Below, piece by piece: positions 29,072 to 41,700 of a DNA stretch of 64,000 nt. Position numbers and translations under genes: made by a program. The notes under the pieces are model-generated. The model saw only the letters and a program-made list of their open reading frames with translations. It was not told the origin of the DNA and did no database searches. The number at the start of each line of letters is the position of its first letter. Positions within the stretch are counted from its first letter, which is position 1. Origin of the DNA: Diplonema japonicum (Eukaryota > Protista > Euglenozoa: Diplonemea); assembly GCA_964019335.1 (NCBI GenBank), contig OZ025671.1, forward strand, positions 434,001 through 498,000, written 5' to 3'.

Positions 29072-32000
29072 TCACAGGAGACACGGATTCCCCAAGCTGC
29101 TTGACTGCAAATCAGAGGAAACGGTAGTACTGAAAGGCACAGAGCCCACAGGGGCATCGTCCATGGAGTTACAGGGTGCAAGGATACGGTAACCAGTCCT
29201 GTCTTCGCTTGCCCCGTTGGACCCAGGTTTCAAGAAAACCTCAAGGCGGCAGAGGACTAATGCTAGCACCCGATCGTTGATCTCTTGCAACTGCATTCTG
29301 TGAAGGCTTTCAAGCGCCGTGACATCGCCCTTTAGGCAGTTTTTGAAGTGTGCCTCATATTCCTCGTCCCCGTGATTTACTTGCTGTTCATTCAAAGAAA
29401 GCGTCCAAATAGAAGTGTTTGAGAATTTAGGAAGAACAACTTCTTGAATGTGAATTGGCTGACCGGTTGGGTCACCCCACACATCGATCGTTCGTAGGTA
29501 AGGTGCTGGGCTGCTTTGGATACTGTACACTGAGGTTAGAACGCTACAACCGGATTGTGCGCAGAAGAGGGACATGGCGTTGGCTAGGGCAACAGGGTAG
29601 CCGATGTTAACGACATATCGTTTTCGTTTTCCGACGTTGCCTGACCACATTTTGCCTGTGGCGATGCCGAGCGACAGGACGCCCCGTTCGGGGGATACTA
29701 GTAACGATGCGAACCTAAAGGCCTGCAGCCTGTGCATGATGGACCGTGTTGAGTTCAGATTCCACGTCACCACCATGCAATCCCCGTTTGCACTCTGCAC
29801 AAACCCTTCGACTTGGTTAGCCGCTCGAAGGAGTACCTCGAACAATGTATTGTATTTCCCGGCCACCCTCTCCGCACTCCCCTCGGGACCGACATCCATC
29901 CGGCCATCGTGAAGCTGAACATGCGCAATGCTTCCCATCGTAGCCTTAACCTGAGTTCTGAGCGCCTTTCGTGGCCCGTCGTTGTTGTAGTTGTCATTGT
30001 ACTCCTCGTTGTACTCTATGGTATTGTCGCGGAGGTGTGCGGTGAGAGGGTTCGTGGGAAGACCATAGAGGTTCCTTTGAGGTTCGATGTACACGTTCTT
30101 TCGTTTGGAGAGGTCTTTTGACAGGATGCACACGACGCTCTCCTGGTCGGCATCGCCCACCAAGCACGTCACGTCTGAGATGTCGATCTCATCGTTGATG
30201 TCACCTATCGAAAGGCGCTGCATGAGGGATGCATGGCACAGTACCGTCCCGCCACGCGACTGGGATTCAATCTGCGCCGCCATCTTGACAGCTGGTCCTG
30301 TATAGTCAACACGCTTTGTCAGCTCGTTTGATTGCGGTTCGATGTCACCATAGTAGATACCCATCGAGACCCGCAACCCGTTCCACAATGTGGTCCCATT
30401 GGCGTCGCATTGTGCTCTTGTTAGTTCCGAGTGCTGGAAGCCGTCCGGCCATGCCAGTTGCATAAGCTTCCGCTGCACGTCCAAGCAGAACGACACAGAA
30501 TCGTTGACATCCTCGAACACAATCATGAAGGCCTCGCCTACTGTCTTCACCTCATAACCGCTGTGGATAGTGATGCTTATTCTCATTAGTTCCGAGTGCA
30601 GCTTCACGGCTTCCGCCATGTCAGCTGGTGCGGCTTGCCATAGAACCTCTGAGTCTTGAATGCTTGTGAGCACCACCGCAGATTTTCCAACAGGCGGTGC
30701 TAACAAGCTCCTTCCATCCAATGAAGTGTCATAATCAACGAAAGAAGGGAGGAATCGTTTGTACTGCTGCATCGATGCGAGGGACACTCGCAGAGCTTCT
30801 ACTACGGAATTGATCTCGGTGATGGCGGTGACGGTGTGATGGAGGTGTACTTCAGCGCCATCGAGGTCGAAGGTGTCGAAGCAACGAGCCACGCCTTGAA
30901 GCCTCCTTAGAGGGGAGGCTACAACCAACAGCTCGAAGCCAGCGATGACCATGTCAATAAAGAGGATCGCGGCAACGCAGATCAACAGCTGCACCATCGC
31001 ACGCTTCACGTCACCATCCACCTCTGCAACGGGTCGCATCCACAACAGGTCGATCGTGATCACCTCCTCTGTCTGTCCCTTGTAACTGAATATCTCCTGC
31101 CGCAGAAGGAAGTACTGCCCGCCGTCTCTTACAATGGTAGTGTTCTCTTTGACGCCTTTAAGGCCGATGTGCAGCACCCGCTCGTTTGTGGAAGGCAGGC
31201 TGGAGGTGAAGAATATGTTTCGATCGACGTTCCGCATGACATTCACAGCGGATGCCACAGTGGGGCCAAGGCTCGCAGCACGGACCGAACATTCCAAAGA
31301 CGTCGCTTCGCAGTTCGAGCAAAAGCTGACGCAATGTTCAACCTCCGGGTTGACAAGGTAACCGGTGTAGTAACTATGCGCCATGACACGCTCGTCCCCG
31401 TTGGTGAGGTTTGCCACGATCATGTCGATTGACCCACCACCGTGGTTGTTGAGCTCCGCCACCCAAGAGGAATACACGAAGAACCCAACGGCAAGAATGT
31501 CACGTTTAAAATGGTGCATCCTGAAAGAAACCCTGTATGTCATGTACATGTAAGGGATGAGATCTTCGTTTTCCTTCACCGCCCAGAACGCAGGCCCGAC
31601 CCACTGCCCGTCCTTGCTCTGCAGGATGTCCGACGTCACAGTGTCAACGTTATCGCGGTACGTGAAATGAGGTTCGGTTGTTGAAACATCACCTGTGGAG
31701 GGGTTCAAGACGAACGCAGACACGACGTGGTCCTGCTCCTCTGTTCCTGTCTCGTTGAAAATCGCATGGCCCCCAGTCATATTGGTGTACGTGTAGCCAG
31801 TCATGTATTGCCTTACAACAGAACCGTTTTGAACAACAGGGTCGTACCAGACAGAGCAGCGGGCGTAGGTTTTATTTTTAGACGAAGGTAAGCACCCGGA
31901 GCATGACTCAGAGGGCATTCGCATCCCTACGGCGTACACTGTCGGTGAGTACCTGATCTGTGAGAAGGCGTATTTGTGGAAAGCGGTTGTGAGGTCCTTC

Positions 32001-32251
32001 TCAGGGTTCTCACCTGTAGGGGTGTAGTCTTGGAACATGAGCTGTGTTCGGCTCACTGCTTCTTGCGTGTTGTCAAAGGAGAGGCGTAGCACCCTTAACA
32101 CCACTCTCGTGGACTCTCTTGTGCTGTCCTCCGTTGTTTTGAACAGAGCATCGATAGATGCTTGGTACATAAGCATCCCTGCACCCAATGAGATCAATGA
32201 TGATATGATCCCCGTCAGTATGATCACAGCCTTCACCGAAATTCGTAACAT
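29072..32251 (-). CDS. Receptor-type class III nucleotidyl cyclase-like protein (TM, extracellular domain, TM, two degenerate cyclase domains)
   Basis: GYEVKTVGEAFM, LWNGLRVSMGIYYG and DYTGPAVKMAAQIES match the trypanosomatid adenylate cyclase fold. A second cyclase-like domain contains LGIATGKMWSGNVG. Confidence 0.9.
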   Translation of the reverse strand: MLRISVKAVIILTGIISSLISLGAGMLMYQASIDALFKTTEDSTRESTRVVLRVLRLSFDNTQEAVSRTQLMFQDYTPTGENPEKDLTTAFHKYAFSQIRYSPTVYAVGMRMPSESCSGCLPSSKNKTYARCSVWYDPVVQNGSVVRQYMTGYTYTNMTGGHAIFNETGTEEQDHVVSAFVLNPSTGDVSTTEPHFTYRDNVDTVTSDILQSKDGQWVGPAFWAVKENEDLIPYMYMTYRVSFRMHHFKRDILAVGFFVYSSWVAELNNHGGGSIDMIVANLTNGDERVMAHSYYTGYLVNPEVEHCVSFCSNCEATSLECSVRAASLGPTVASAVNVMRNVDRNIFFTSSLPSTNERVLHIGLKGVKENTTIVRDGGQYFLLRQEIFSYKGQTEEVITIDLLWMRPVAEVDGDVKRAMVQLLICVAAILFIDMVIAGFELLVVASPLRRLQGVARCFDTFDLDGAEVHLHHTVTAITEINSVVEALRVSLASMQQYKRFLPSFVDYDTSLDGRSLLAPPVGKSAVVLTSIQDSEVLWQAAPADMAEAVKLHSELMRISITIHSGYEVKTVGEAFMIVFEDVNDSVSFCLDVQRKLMQLAWPDGFQHSELTRAQCDANGTTLWNGLRVSMGIYYGDIEPQSNELTKRVDYTGPAVKMAAQIESQSRGGTVLCHASLMQRLSIGDINDEIDISDVTCLVGDADQESVVCILSKDLSKRKNVYIEPQRNLYGLPTNPLTAHLRDNTIEYNEEYNDNYNNDGPRKALRTQVKATMGSIAHVQLHDGRMDVGPEGSAERVAGKYNTLFEVLLRAANQVEGFVQSANGDCMVVTWNLNSTRSIMHRLQAFRFASLLVSPERGVLSLGIATGKMWSGNVGKRKRYVVNIGYPVALANAMSLFCAQSGCSVLTSVYSIQSSPAPYLRTIDVWGDPTGQPIHIQEVVLPKFSNTSIWTLSLNEQQVNHGDEEYEAHFKNCLKGDVTALESLHRMQLQEINDRVLALVLCRLEVFLKPGSNGASEDRTGYRILAPCNSMDDAPVGSVPFSTTVSSDLQSSSLGNPCLL

Positions 32252-32394
32252 TTTTTTTTACTGGGGTGGGGGGGGCGTACAGCCCCTCTGAACCCAACCT
32301 TTTTTTTTGTAAAAGTTCAAATTTTTAAGAAAAAAAAAAAGATGTCTTTGAGGGAACCTGCAGTATGTGACAGGATCGCCTAACGACAATCAAC

Positions 32395-33250
32395 TCATCT
32401 AGTGTTTGATCCCTTCTGTCGTGGTAGTGCCTTAGGCCCGTCGTAGTATCTTTTCAGCAGCTTGGGCGTGAAACCAACTAGCGAGTTGTTGAGGATGCAA
32501 TGAGTTCGTAACTGTTCCTCTAGGATAGGGTGGGTGACCTTCGGGGTTGCGAAGACCGGACGAGTGGAGTACCCAGTGATGGGTTGGCTGTGGAGCCCTA
32601 GGGTACGCAAAGAGTGTACTGATTTCCTAGGTCTGCTGGAATCAGGTGACTCCCCGTGCCTTTTTGGTGAATCCTGTCCAAAACTCTTAGGATTCCGCCG
32701 ATTTTTCTTGCCCAGCTCGCTAGGTCTTCACCCTCCATGTGGATCCTTTCTGTTGCAATTAGGTCGACCGCAAGTTCCGCCTTGGACACCTGCCCACCGT
32801 CCTTGCCCCACTTGAGGGCTTTCAGCCATTTGAGGATAAACGGGATTAGGCCTGGGAAGTACTTCTTCGCCAGCCCGTTCTTGTGGTACCAAGTGAGAGG
32901 TTTCGGGGTTAAGAGGTTCCCTGGCTGGAAAGGTCTATTCCAGAAGTGCTGGTTTTCGTACCTGACCTGCTTGTCGGCGTGTAGACAATCGAGTTTTCCT
33001 GCAATATCTGCAAGCATCAGGTGGAGTTCCTTGACTCTTGGCAGGCTGATGTCCGAGTCCGTTGTAATGATTCCGTGAATCTGGGTGCAGTTCGGCCAGC
33101 TCCTGTGTTCTTGCACCAGCCACTTGCGGTCGGCGTTGGCTGTCCTATAGCCGGCGTGTGCTGGACAGTGCCAAATGGTATGCTGCAGGAGGCTGCTGGT
33201 TCCATTCCTAACGTCGTAGAGTGCGTCACACCCGAGGCATTTCGCACGTG
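32395..33250 (-). mobile_element. 5'-truncated non-LTR retrotransposon (LINE) 3' remnant
   Basis: CLGC...LQHTIWHCP is the CCHC knuckle found C-terminal to LINE reverse transcriptases, followed by WPNC..HGI and WLKALKW...VSKAELAVD. There is no start codon, a frameshift near 32600, and no RT domain remains. Confidence 0.6.
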
Positions 33251-34322
33251 CGAAAAAAAAAAAAAAGATGAAAAAAAAAAAGGGAATTTTTTTTTTTTTG
33301 GATTTAATTGGGTGGTGGTGGGGGGGGGGGGAGAGGTGAAGGATTTTCTTCTTTTTAATTATCTTTTTTTCTTTCTCCAGCTGTCCCTGTACAACGACTG
33401 AGAGAAACCTCTCCTCTCTTTTCTTTTTTAAAAAGAGAGAAAATCGCACGCTCGACCGCCTTAAAAAAAGAATTCTGTTTATAAAAGTACGAATAGAAGA
33501 GAGAGAAAGAGTCTCATTTCAATCTTTGATGAACCAGCTGGCTGGCTAGTTCTTTTTTTATTACTGCCGGTAGGCTTATTTGCTTCTCCGCTCACCCTCC
33601 TCGATGGTTTTTTTTTTTTTTTTTTTTTTTTTCTTTTTTTGCGAAGCGACCTTTGAACAGGACAACTGAAGAACAAAAAAAAAAAAAGATTCCATTATTC
33701 GTACAAAACGGAGGATGGGAAAAAAAAAAAACATAAAAAGTAAAAGTAAAAAAAAAAAAAAAACCATGGTGACAAGAAATTCACTATGACGGGTGTGGGG
33801 GGTGTTCGTAACAATCCACCAAGGAAGAGAAAGTGGTAAACATAATCTTCTGCAACTCACAAAGGGTGTTAAAGCGGGTTAAAAATTATTTTTTAAAAAG
33901 ATTATTTTCTTCTTCTTTCCCCCTCCTCCGAATCCAGTTACACTTTTTCTCTCGATGCCGTGTATTAGCGGAGCGGCAGTAGTTCGCGAAGAAAAAAAAA
34001 ACTAGTTTGGCGCTTCATTTGTTTGTGCGCACGAGCGGAGGAAAAAAAAAAAAAAAAATGGGGCTTTGATTGCAACACTAGGTGGCGTTAAGCGTGCAAT
34101 GAAGCACGAACTACCTACTTGATTACAGGGGGCGCTCCTCGGCCGAGCAGTAGCTTCTTCTGCGTTCCGCGTCGTGTCCTTAATGCGTGCGGTGTGCTCG
34201 TGCAGTTTGCTGCCTGTTCGTCACCCTGAGCATCTGCGTTACGTGTTTCCACTCGGGCGCTACCGGTGATGACCGACGAGGAGGTCAACAGCGAACAACA
34301 CATCTGATGTACTTCTTATTTC

Positions 34323-34341
34323 CATGTTATCCCCACCACCT
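34323..34341. repeat. Dispersed 19-bp identical repeat, copy 2
   Basis: Identical to 24323-24341. Confidence 0.8.
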
Positions 34342-34980
34342 AAAAAAGAAAGGGATAATAATTTAAAAAAAAATAATTAAAAACTCTGTAAGGTGAAAAG
34401 GTGCCCGACATAGACTCGGACTCGTCAGCACTTCGTGTTTACAGTTAACTAAGAAAAAAAATAAAGAGAGGTGTTGTTGTTCACAAAAATCTTTTTTTGA
34501 CCCCCTCATAAATATTACTGTGAACGCGTGGGGGGGAAAGGAAATCTCAAAGACATAGTGCAGCTTTGCCGATTTCCTGACAAGTAGTGTAGCCCTACCC
34601 CTCAATTGTACAAAAATAAAAAGGAGGATAAGCAGTTCGGAGAATGGAACGATCCCCGAAGGAAAGCAGGGTAGAAGAATTTGAAGGGTGAGGGGGGGGC
34701 ACCACCATATGGACCACAGCCACTAGAAAAGTGGAAGAAAAAAACAGAAGAAAAAAAAAAACTCGGATGATTTTTAAGTTTTCCTTTTTTTTAAATTTTT
34801 ATTGCCCCTCCAAAAAAAAGCTGGCTCAGCAATTTAAAAAAAAAAAAATAGCAGAAGCGATGGGTGAAAATGGGAGGACGGGGGGTAGAGGTTTTTTTTT
34901 TTTTTTTTTTTTTTTTCCTCTTTTAAATTGTAACCACTAAGCCCACAGGCTAATAACCGAAAAAGTTCCTAAAAAAATTC

Positions 34981-35011
<31 letters not shown>

Positions 35012-35765
35012 AGCGTTTAACCATACAAGGTGTTCTTTTTATGGAGAAGTGACCTCTTGAGACATTCAGGCCCTGAGCTGGCTTTTGACCTTGTTTCACA
35101 CCTCTCTGGCGTCCGGGGCCTATCGGTGAGTTTGTGGTACGTCACGGTGATGCCCTGAGTCGAGTATTCCTCATTGTCACTTTTCCCCGGATTTTAGACC
35201 CTTCAAATTCTTAAAATAATGCCAACAAAAGTGAAAAGAAAACCGCGCGATGGCGCCAAAAAGAGAATGGCAGGCGCGCTATTTGACCAAAAGGTCCATG
35301 GATTTTTTCCTTTTTTTTTTTTTTTTTTTCAACGTCATAAATATATGACATGTGGGCTTAGTGGCTATAAAAAAAACTCAAAGTGCAGGACAAACCCCCT
35401 CATGGAGGGCCGCCCTTGAAAAAAAAAATTCCATCTATGTTGCCTTTCCGTGTTAAAAACGGGAAATAAAGGATAAAAACCACAAAAAAAAATCACGCAC
35501 ACGAATAACATGTTTTTTCTTTCTTTCTTCCCCCCCCCCCTCTTTTTTTCTTCTTTTTTTTGGACAGATATTCCCTCCTCATTTCACCCGCTTTTTCCCC
35601 CATCGACTTTTTCGTTTTTGGTTTGTTAAAAAAAAATATAAAAAAAAAAGAAAAAAAATGGGCAGTGGTTTCTATTTCAAGACCCGCATACGAGAAAAAA
35701 AAAAGAGGGGGGAGGAGAAGAGAATGAGGGGAAGAAAAAGGTGGGCTTTAAAAAAAAAAACCAGC

Positions 35766-38700
35766 CTAAGGTAAAGGCCGGGATTGCTTGTGAGAGAGAG
35801 TGGATTGGCTTTTTGATTGCAAAGAACTCGACTGCCGCCGCTTCGCAAGCCTTCGCCTGAGGGGGGACGCTACAATGACCCGCGACTCAGAGAGGCTGAT
35901 ATCTGAAGATGGGGTCGGACTTTGCTCGTTTCCAGTTATCATCCTATCCTCAACAATGACCATCTTCTGCCGAAGGCACTGTGCCATCAATCGGGCAAAC
36001 TCAAGCGCCTTCCCTGGCTGCGACAAAGGGGGTCTCGCTGGGCCATGCCGCAACGTGAAATCGAACAGCCCAGATTTATTTAAAACCCCAGCGTTCGAAA
36101 CCCACCAACCTTCACGCACCCTCACCGTCCTCATCGTGTGCCCAAAATACAACGCCGGTGTTTTGGTACATTCAGTCAACCTTGCCTTTACCTGCGTCAT
36201 CGTCTCTTGCGCTGCTTCCAAACTTGGTAAAACCAAATTAAACCGAACTTCTGCACCCCACGTACCATCACTACCCTCTGCTGGTGTTACTACTACATTC
36301 GTACGGCTTATGGGATGGCTGTGGTGATTTTTTTTTTTTTTTTTTTTTTTTCCCAACATACTTCAGCAACGCTGCCACCTCTTGCACGTACGCAGCGTGA
36401 TTACCGGGGAAAGGAGGTGTTTCGTCTGAATGTAGATGGCTCGATGCGATCCATAGGGGTGTGTAGGCTTGTCGGACTCTATCCTCGGTCGCTTCTCTGA
36501 TGATGAACCTCCCCACTACAAGCGAAGGCGGTGCTGGAAACAGCTCGCAGAACTCATCGACGTTCCACATCAGCTTCTCGCACGGCGACACCGTGCTGCA
36601 TGTCATCGCCGACAGGCTCAACAGCCAGAACACAATCGCATGCTGGAACAGCAGCAAAAGATTCACAGAAATCAAAACCCCCAACGCCGCGTACCACAGC
36701 GTATCGGTGTCACTCCCATCAGGGTCGACCATCCCGGGGATCGACCCGAACAGAATAAGAAGGAACAGCTCCGACATATTGATGTAAGCGTAGATTCTTA
36801 CAAAGAAGCGGAATCCAAGTTGATGTGCTGTTCCTGGTGGGATCGACCGGTCTTCCAGCCATATATCAACGGTGTAAGGGGATTTTACGAATACTGTCGC
36901 GGAGACTGCAAGCAGCTGAGCTGTTAAAAGCAACGGGACGGCCCAGACTTCCTTCTTACTGGACGAGAAGTCACCCAAATCGTATATCCCCCACATTGTT
37001 CCAAACGTTACAGAAGTAAATATGTCGAGAAGACGGGGGTACCGTGTAATGACTGCGCCCCTCGACAACAAGTACCCGTACACCAGAATACCAAAGGATA
37101 CAAACGATGCAATTTTTGGGGCAAGTTCGTGTTCGCCGCAGACAATGGTCAGCAGCCCGCTTAGCAATGACAAGGGCAGCAAACCAGAACCCGTCCAGAT
37201 CTTCGCCAGGACGCCCGGGCCCGTTGTTTGGGCAATGTAACAATCTGAGTTGTGTTCCAGCTCCAGTTTTTCAATCCACTGTCCTAGACTGTTGCGGCAC
37301 ATTGTCTTCGTTCCCTCTACTTGAACGCTGTGATTCAGCTCATGGGGAGACCATGTGATCTCCAATCCCACAGTCGACATATGCTGCTCTAAAGGTCGGT
37401 ACGCGTCTGGGAACACAAACCCTTCGATTGAAAGCTTCTTGTACCCATGCTGCTTGGCAAACTTTTTCATTGCGTTCGACGAGCATGACATGTGGTCGCT
37501 GTTTAGAAAGAAAAACATTTTTTTTTTCCTTTTTTTCTTAATTTAACACATACTTCCTGCTTTCGTTGTAGCATAGATAAAGCGGCTTGAGCTCTCCTTT
37601 GAACCACGACCTCCCATCGCCCCGCGGGAATGTGAAAACATCACCCAGGGTCTTCATGTACCGGAACCCGTGTGCCACTGCCCATGCTTGTTGCTCTGCG
37701 GTGGCAGCGACCATGGAGTCGTTCCGGAGTTCGGAGTGGTAGACGTTGAGGGGGACCCGTTGGGGGACTGGTGGCGGCTCCCCGCAGAACTGCATCGCCT
37801 CGTGCAGGAAAACCACCTCATAATCCATCGGGTTGCCCTGCGAGCAGACAGACCACAACCGACGCCATTCCGGTGAGTACTTCTGCCCCATGTTCATCTT
37901 GTGGGACAGCTCTTCACGGGAACGAAGGTTGAACTTGTTGGCGATGTTCGTAATACCTTGCAGGTACCCCGGTTCACCTCCTGGAGTGTCGCCCCTTCTA
38001 TGAGAATCCAACAACCGGACATGCTGGTAAGGGTTGAAATAGGGGAGGATACGACGCTCTGCGAACCCCGCGTCGACGACGAACTCCCCTGCGGAGTTCA
38101 TGAGCACAGAGTGCCCGACGTGGGTGTAGAAGAACATCGGCGGGAGCATTGGGACAGGATCGCCCTTGCACACGACACGGAAGGAGTCGGGGACGAGCTT
38201 GTCATAAAGCTCGGCAAAGTGCTTGTCGCCGACACGGGGTGAGCCGAAGTTGTACATTGTGATCCTTCTTTTTTTGTACACGTTTGCAGCCACATCCATT
38301 GCAGCCAACGTCGCTAAGGCGCCACCTAAGGAGTGGCCCGTGAAGACAAGCGTCGTGTCATCGTCTTCGTCTTCTAATGAAAGTTTGTCTACTAATGTAG
38401 CTATGACGCGTTCCCTAAACCGCCCCCAAAGATCTGCGAAACCAGCGTGTACCATAACCGTTTCATCACCGACTTGTATCTCCGACTGCGTGCATCTGCA
38501 GTCTGTCATTACGTTTCTCCAGTCGAAGTCCCCGTTCTGAAATGTAATCGTCCCCCTGAAAGACACCAGGACGAAGGTTGTTTGGTAATCTGCATGCGTT
38601 GACAAAATCACGCATTTTGTCTCGCCGGACTCCATGTCGTTCAGTTCCATGTCGTCTTCTGGTTCTGCCTCGTGGCCCGGCTCTGCTGGTTTGGCGCTCG

Positions 38701-41700
38701 GCTTTGTTATCTCGGAACTGATGATTGCATCTACTTTAAACATTTTGAAGATCCAGTCGAAGTTCCGTGTCACCTTCAGCGTGTCGGGTACCGCTTCTTC
38801 AAAGGCTCGTCGGTATTCCTCGCGCAGCTTCATCAGGAGGATGCAGTATTGGTTTTCCCCGAGCCCGTTCTCACCGACACCCCAGAAGACATCCCTGTCT
38901 GTTAGGTTTACAAGTGTTTTATCCATCGTGGACAACAGGGTTTCCCTCGCCTCAGTGTTTTCATAATTGTCGAACTGCATCCGCAGCAACGCAAGCAGAT
39001 GATCAGTGCTGTCTGTGTGCTTCCCCTGCACCTTCGCACGCATCTCGACCAGCACGTCGTCAAGAGGGTACGTCTCGTTCAGCTCTCGCCGCACGTCCAT
39101 CAGAATACTGCCAATCATATTGCCACCTCTCCCGTCCATGTCACAGCCCCAGTACGGGTCATCCTCGTCGATGAACCTGATATGCCTGCTCCCAGTGTCG
39201 AGCAGGATCTTGCGGCATTCGGATGACTGCCGAAACTTCTCCCCGATAGCTTCTGTCATGAACCCTAGCTGTTGGGTCATGTTTGCGGTTCTTTCGAAGT
39301 CCATGTGCCGTGACGCAGTGTCCTTGGCGATGTAAGGTGTCTCTGAGACGGAGACCATTCTAGCGATGATGCCGCTGTGCGACAGCGAGCACATGGTGTG
39401 CATGTAGTGGGCAACAGAAGGCCACGCACGGCCCTTGAGGAAGATATCGACGGGGTAGTTGATGCATAGCTGCGACCACCTGGGCATGTCCTTGCGGATG
39501 TTGACGACGTCCTCTTCGAAGAGGCCGGAGAAGGTGCTGTGCTGCCTGAGGATCACCGTTGGGCGTAGGACAGGTTCGTACACAACAGACGATGCGTAGA
39601 AGCTGCTCACAGCAGTCTCGAGGCAGAAGCCGTGTAGGTCTAAGGGCTCAATCTCCACACTCTCTTCGTCTTTGCTGTGCTCCGCACTGTTTTTGTCCTC
39701 ATTCTCTTCTCCAAAGGGTACTGTCGACACCTTCTGTCCGCTGTTGCAGCCCCGTTTTAGCCAGTTGTCGATGTACAGCTTGTCTGCCACCGTTCTGAAT
39801 GTCCGTAACCTAGACCCGCCCGTTTCTTTCATATATTGCAGAACGGTTTCCTTTGTGATTGTATCAGCATCGAGCTGCACCACCCTCGGTGGACACAAGG
39901 CCATGCACAGTACGAGGGACAGGCAGCAAGCCGTCAAGTTCACCATCTCACCCCACCTCCACAGGAAAATCTCCATCAGTCGTACAGGACGCAGGACGTA
40001 CCCTAGGACGCCAGCGGCTACAACCAGCAAGATAAGCCCCATGATGCCGTGGTGTAGTAGATGCAGATGTCGCGAGTGCCTGTAGGGGAGCTGCTTGAGG
40101 TGCAGCCAAGCGACGGTGAGCAGCCCGAATGCTAGCACAAACCATAAACTGAAAACGAGTTCATCTATGGACTCCTCCACACGGTTGCCTTCGTCAAAAA
40201 TGACCTTGGTCCCTACGTAGTACTCATCCATGCGGTAGCGCTCCCAATCCCGCAGTGAAAACCTGGCAACAGCAGTAGACACGAGCGCCATCCCCATGAA
40301 CACGGCAAGTATGTCCTGCGGACTGCTCATCACGTACTTAATGGTGAGCGGCTCTTCAAAAGGAAGCGAGCCCGTCACGCGCACCATCACATCGGGCTTT
40401 GCTGTTTCATTCACGATAGTCAGAGCAGCGGCCACGAGGCACGAGTAGAGCCCGGCAACGTTCTCCGTCACTGTGAACACGGGTCTCGGAACGACGACTT
40501 GTCTCGTGAGGCACAGCGCTTGGATGTCCTTCGTGAGACGTATCCGCCTCTCACGCTTCATGCCATCGATGTCGACGATCACCTTGACTACGAACGAGCA
40601 CCCGCGTGCCAGAGGACAGGCTATGAGCTCCGACACGTCGAACTGGAAGGTTGAGAAGGCCTTGGAAGTGGGCGCCAGCCATTCAGTAGCGGGACACAAC
40701 ACTGACTGCTGTTCGTTCACTGCGGAGGACCAGACCCGAGCAAACTCGGAGCGCGTGATGCCGCGGTACTCGACGTCATCTTGCTGCCCGGCCATCATGG
40801 ACAGCGGGATCTCATCCGGCTCTGCTACCTCTTGTTTCATGCTTCTGACGACAGCTCCCCAGTTGGTGAGTTGTTGTATTTTGAGGATGCTCCACAAACT
40901 GGGCGAGTCCTCAATCATTTGGATGATTTCTTCAGGTGCCAGCGTGTCGACACAGGTCTTACTGTTCATGCCAAGCATGGCGTCAAAGGCGCGCCACCCG
41001 TTCTGGATAGTCATAACGACAGGACACTCGCGGTGGATCTCTGCAGTTATCACGACAGGGCTGTTCGTCTCGGAGATACCTGCAGGCACGACATGGTCCA
41101 CGGCGATGTTAAAAACCACGGGAAAGGGACAGATACGAGAGGTATTCGACACCATGGTGAGGAGGAAAGTACTGTACGCAGCAATGAGCAGCTTGGGCGG
41201 AACATTTTCCATGAAATAGAAGAAGCGCGCCGCATCGGTCCCATCGTCGTGAAAGTACACGGCGAATATAAAGAAGGGGTTCAGCGTGAGGAACACAAAC
41301 GGCATGACACCCAAGAGCAGCCGTTGTATGCCCAGGTGGGGCTGCTTGCTAGCGATCCTAGCACGGAGACGTTTTGAGGTGAAGTGAACAATGTAGACAG
41401 AAACGATAAGCAGTATCATACGCAAGGTGGCTTCGATGATGTGCCATGTTTCGCTTCCAGTGAAGACGATCACATCAACACTCACCCACGGGCAGCTCTC
41501 GGGGAGAGATGCCGTGACGTTGGTTTGAAAGTCGCCGTAATGCCGACCGATTCCCTGCCCGAAGAGGAGAACAGCACACCGTTCATCCTGGTTGCAAACA
41601 GGCTGAGTCGAGTATTCCACTAGCCCGCGGACTGGAACATTAACACTTGACGTTAAATTAGCATGTCCCGTTGTGCAATTCCCCATTCCGTTAAGCACTG

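Noticed and set aside
34266-34307. GTGATGA...CTGA box C/D-like pair
   Set aside because: Too short for a snoRNA, on the non-coding strand, with no terminal stem or recognisable guide.
34675-35212. 15-bp perfect inverted repeat (AAGAATTTGAAGGGT) about 510 bp apart
   Set aside because: No extension, no TSD, and plausible by chance in low-complexity DNA.
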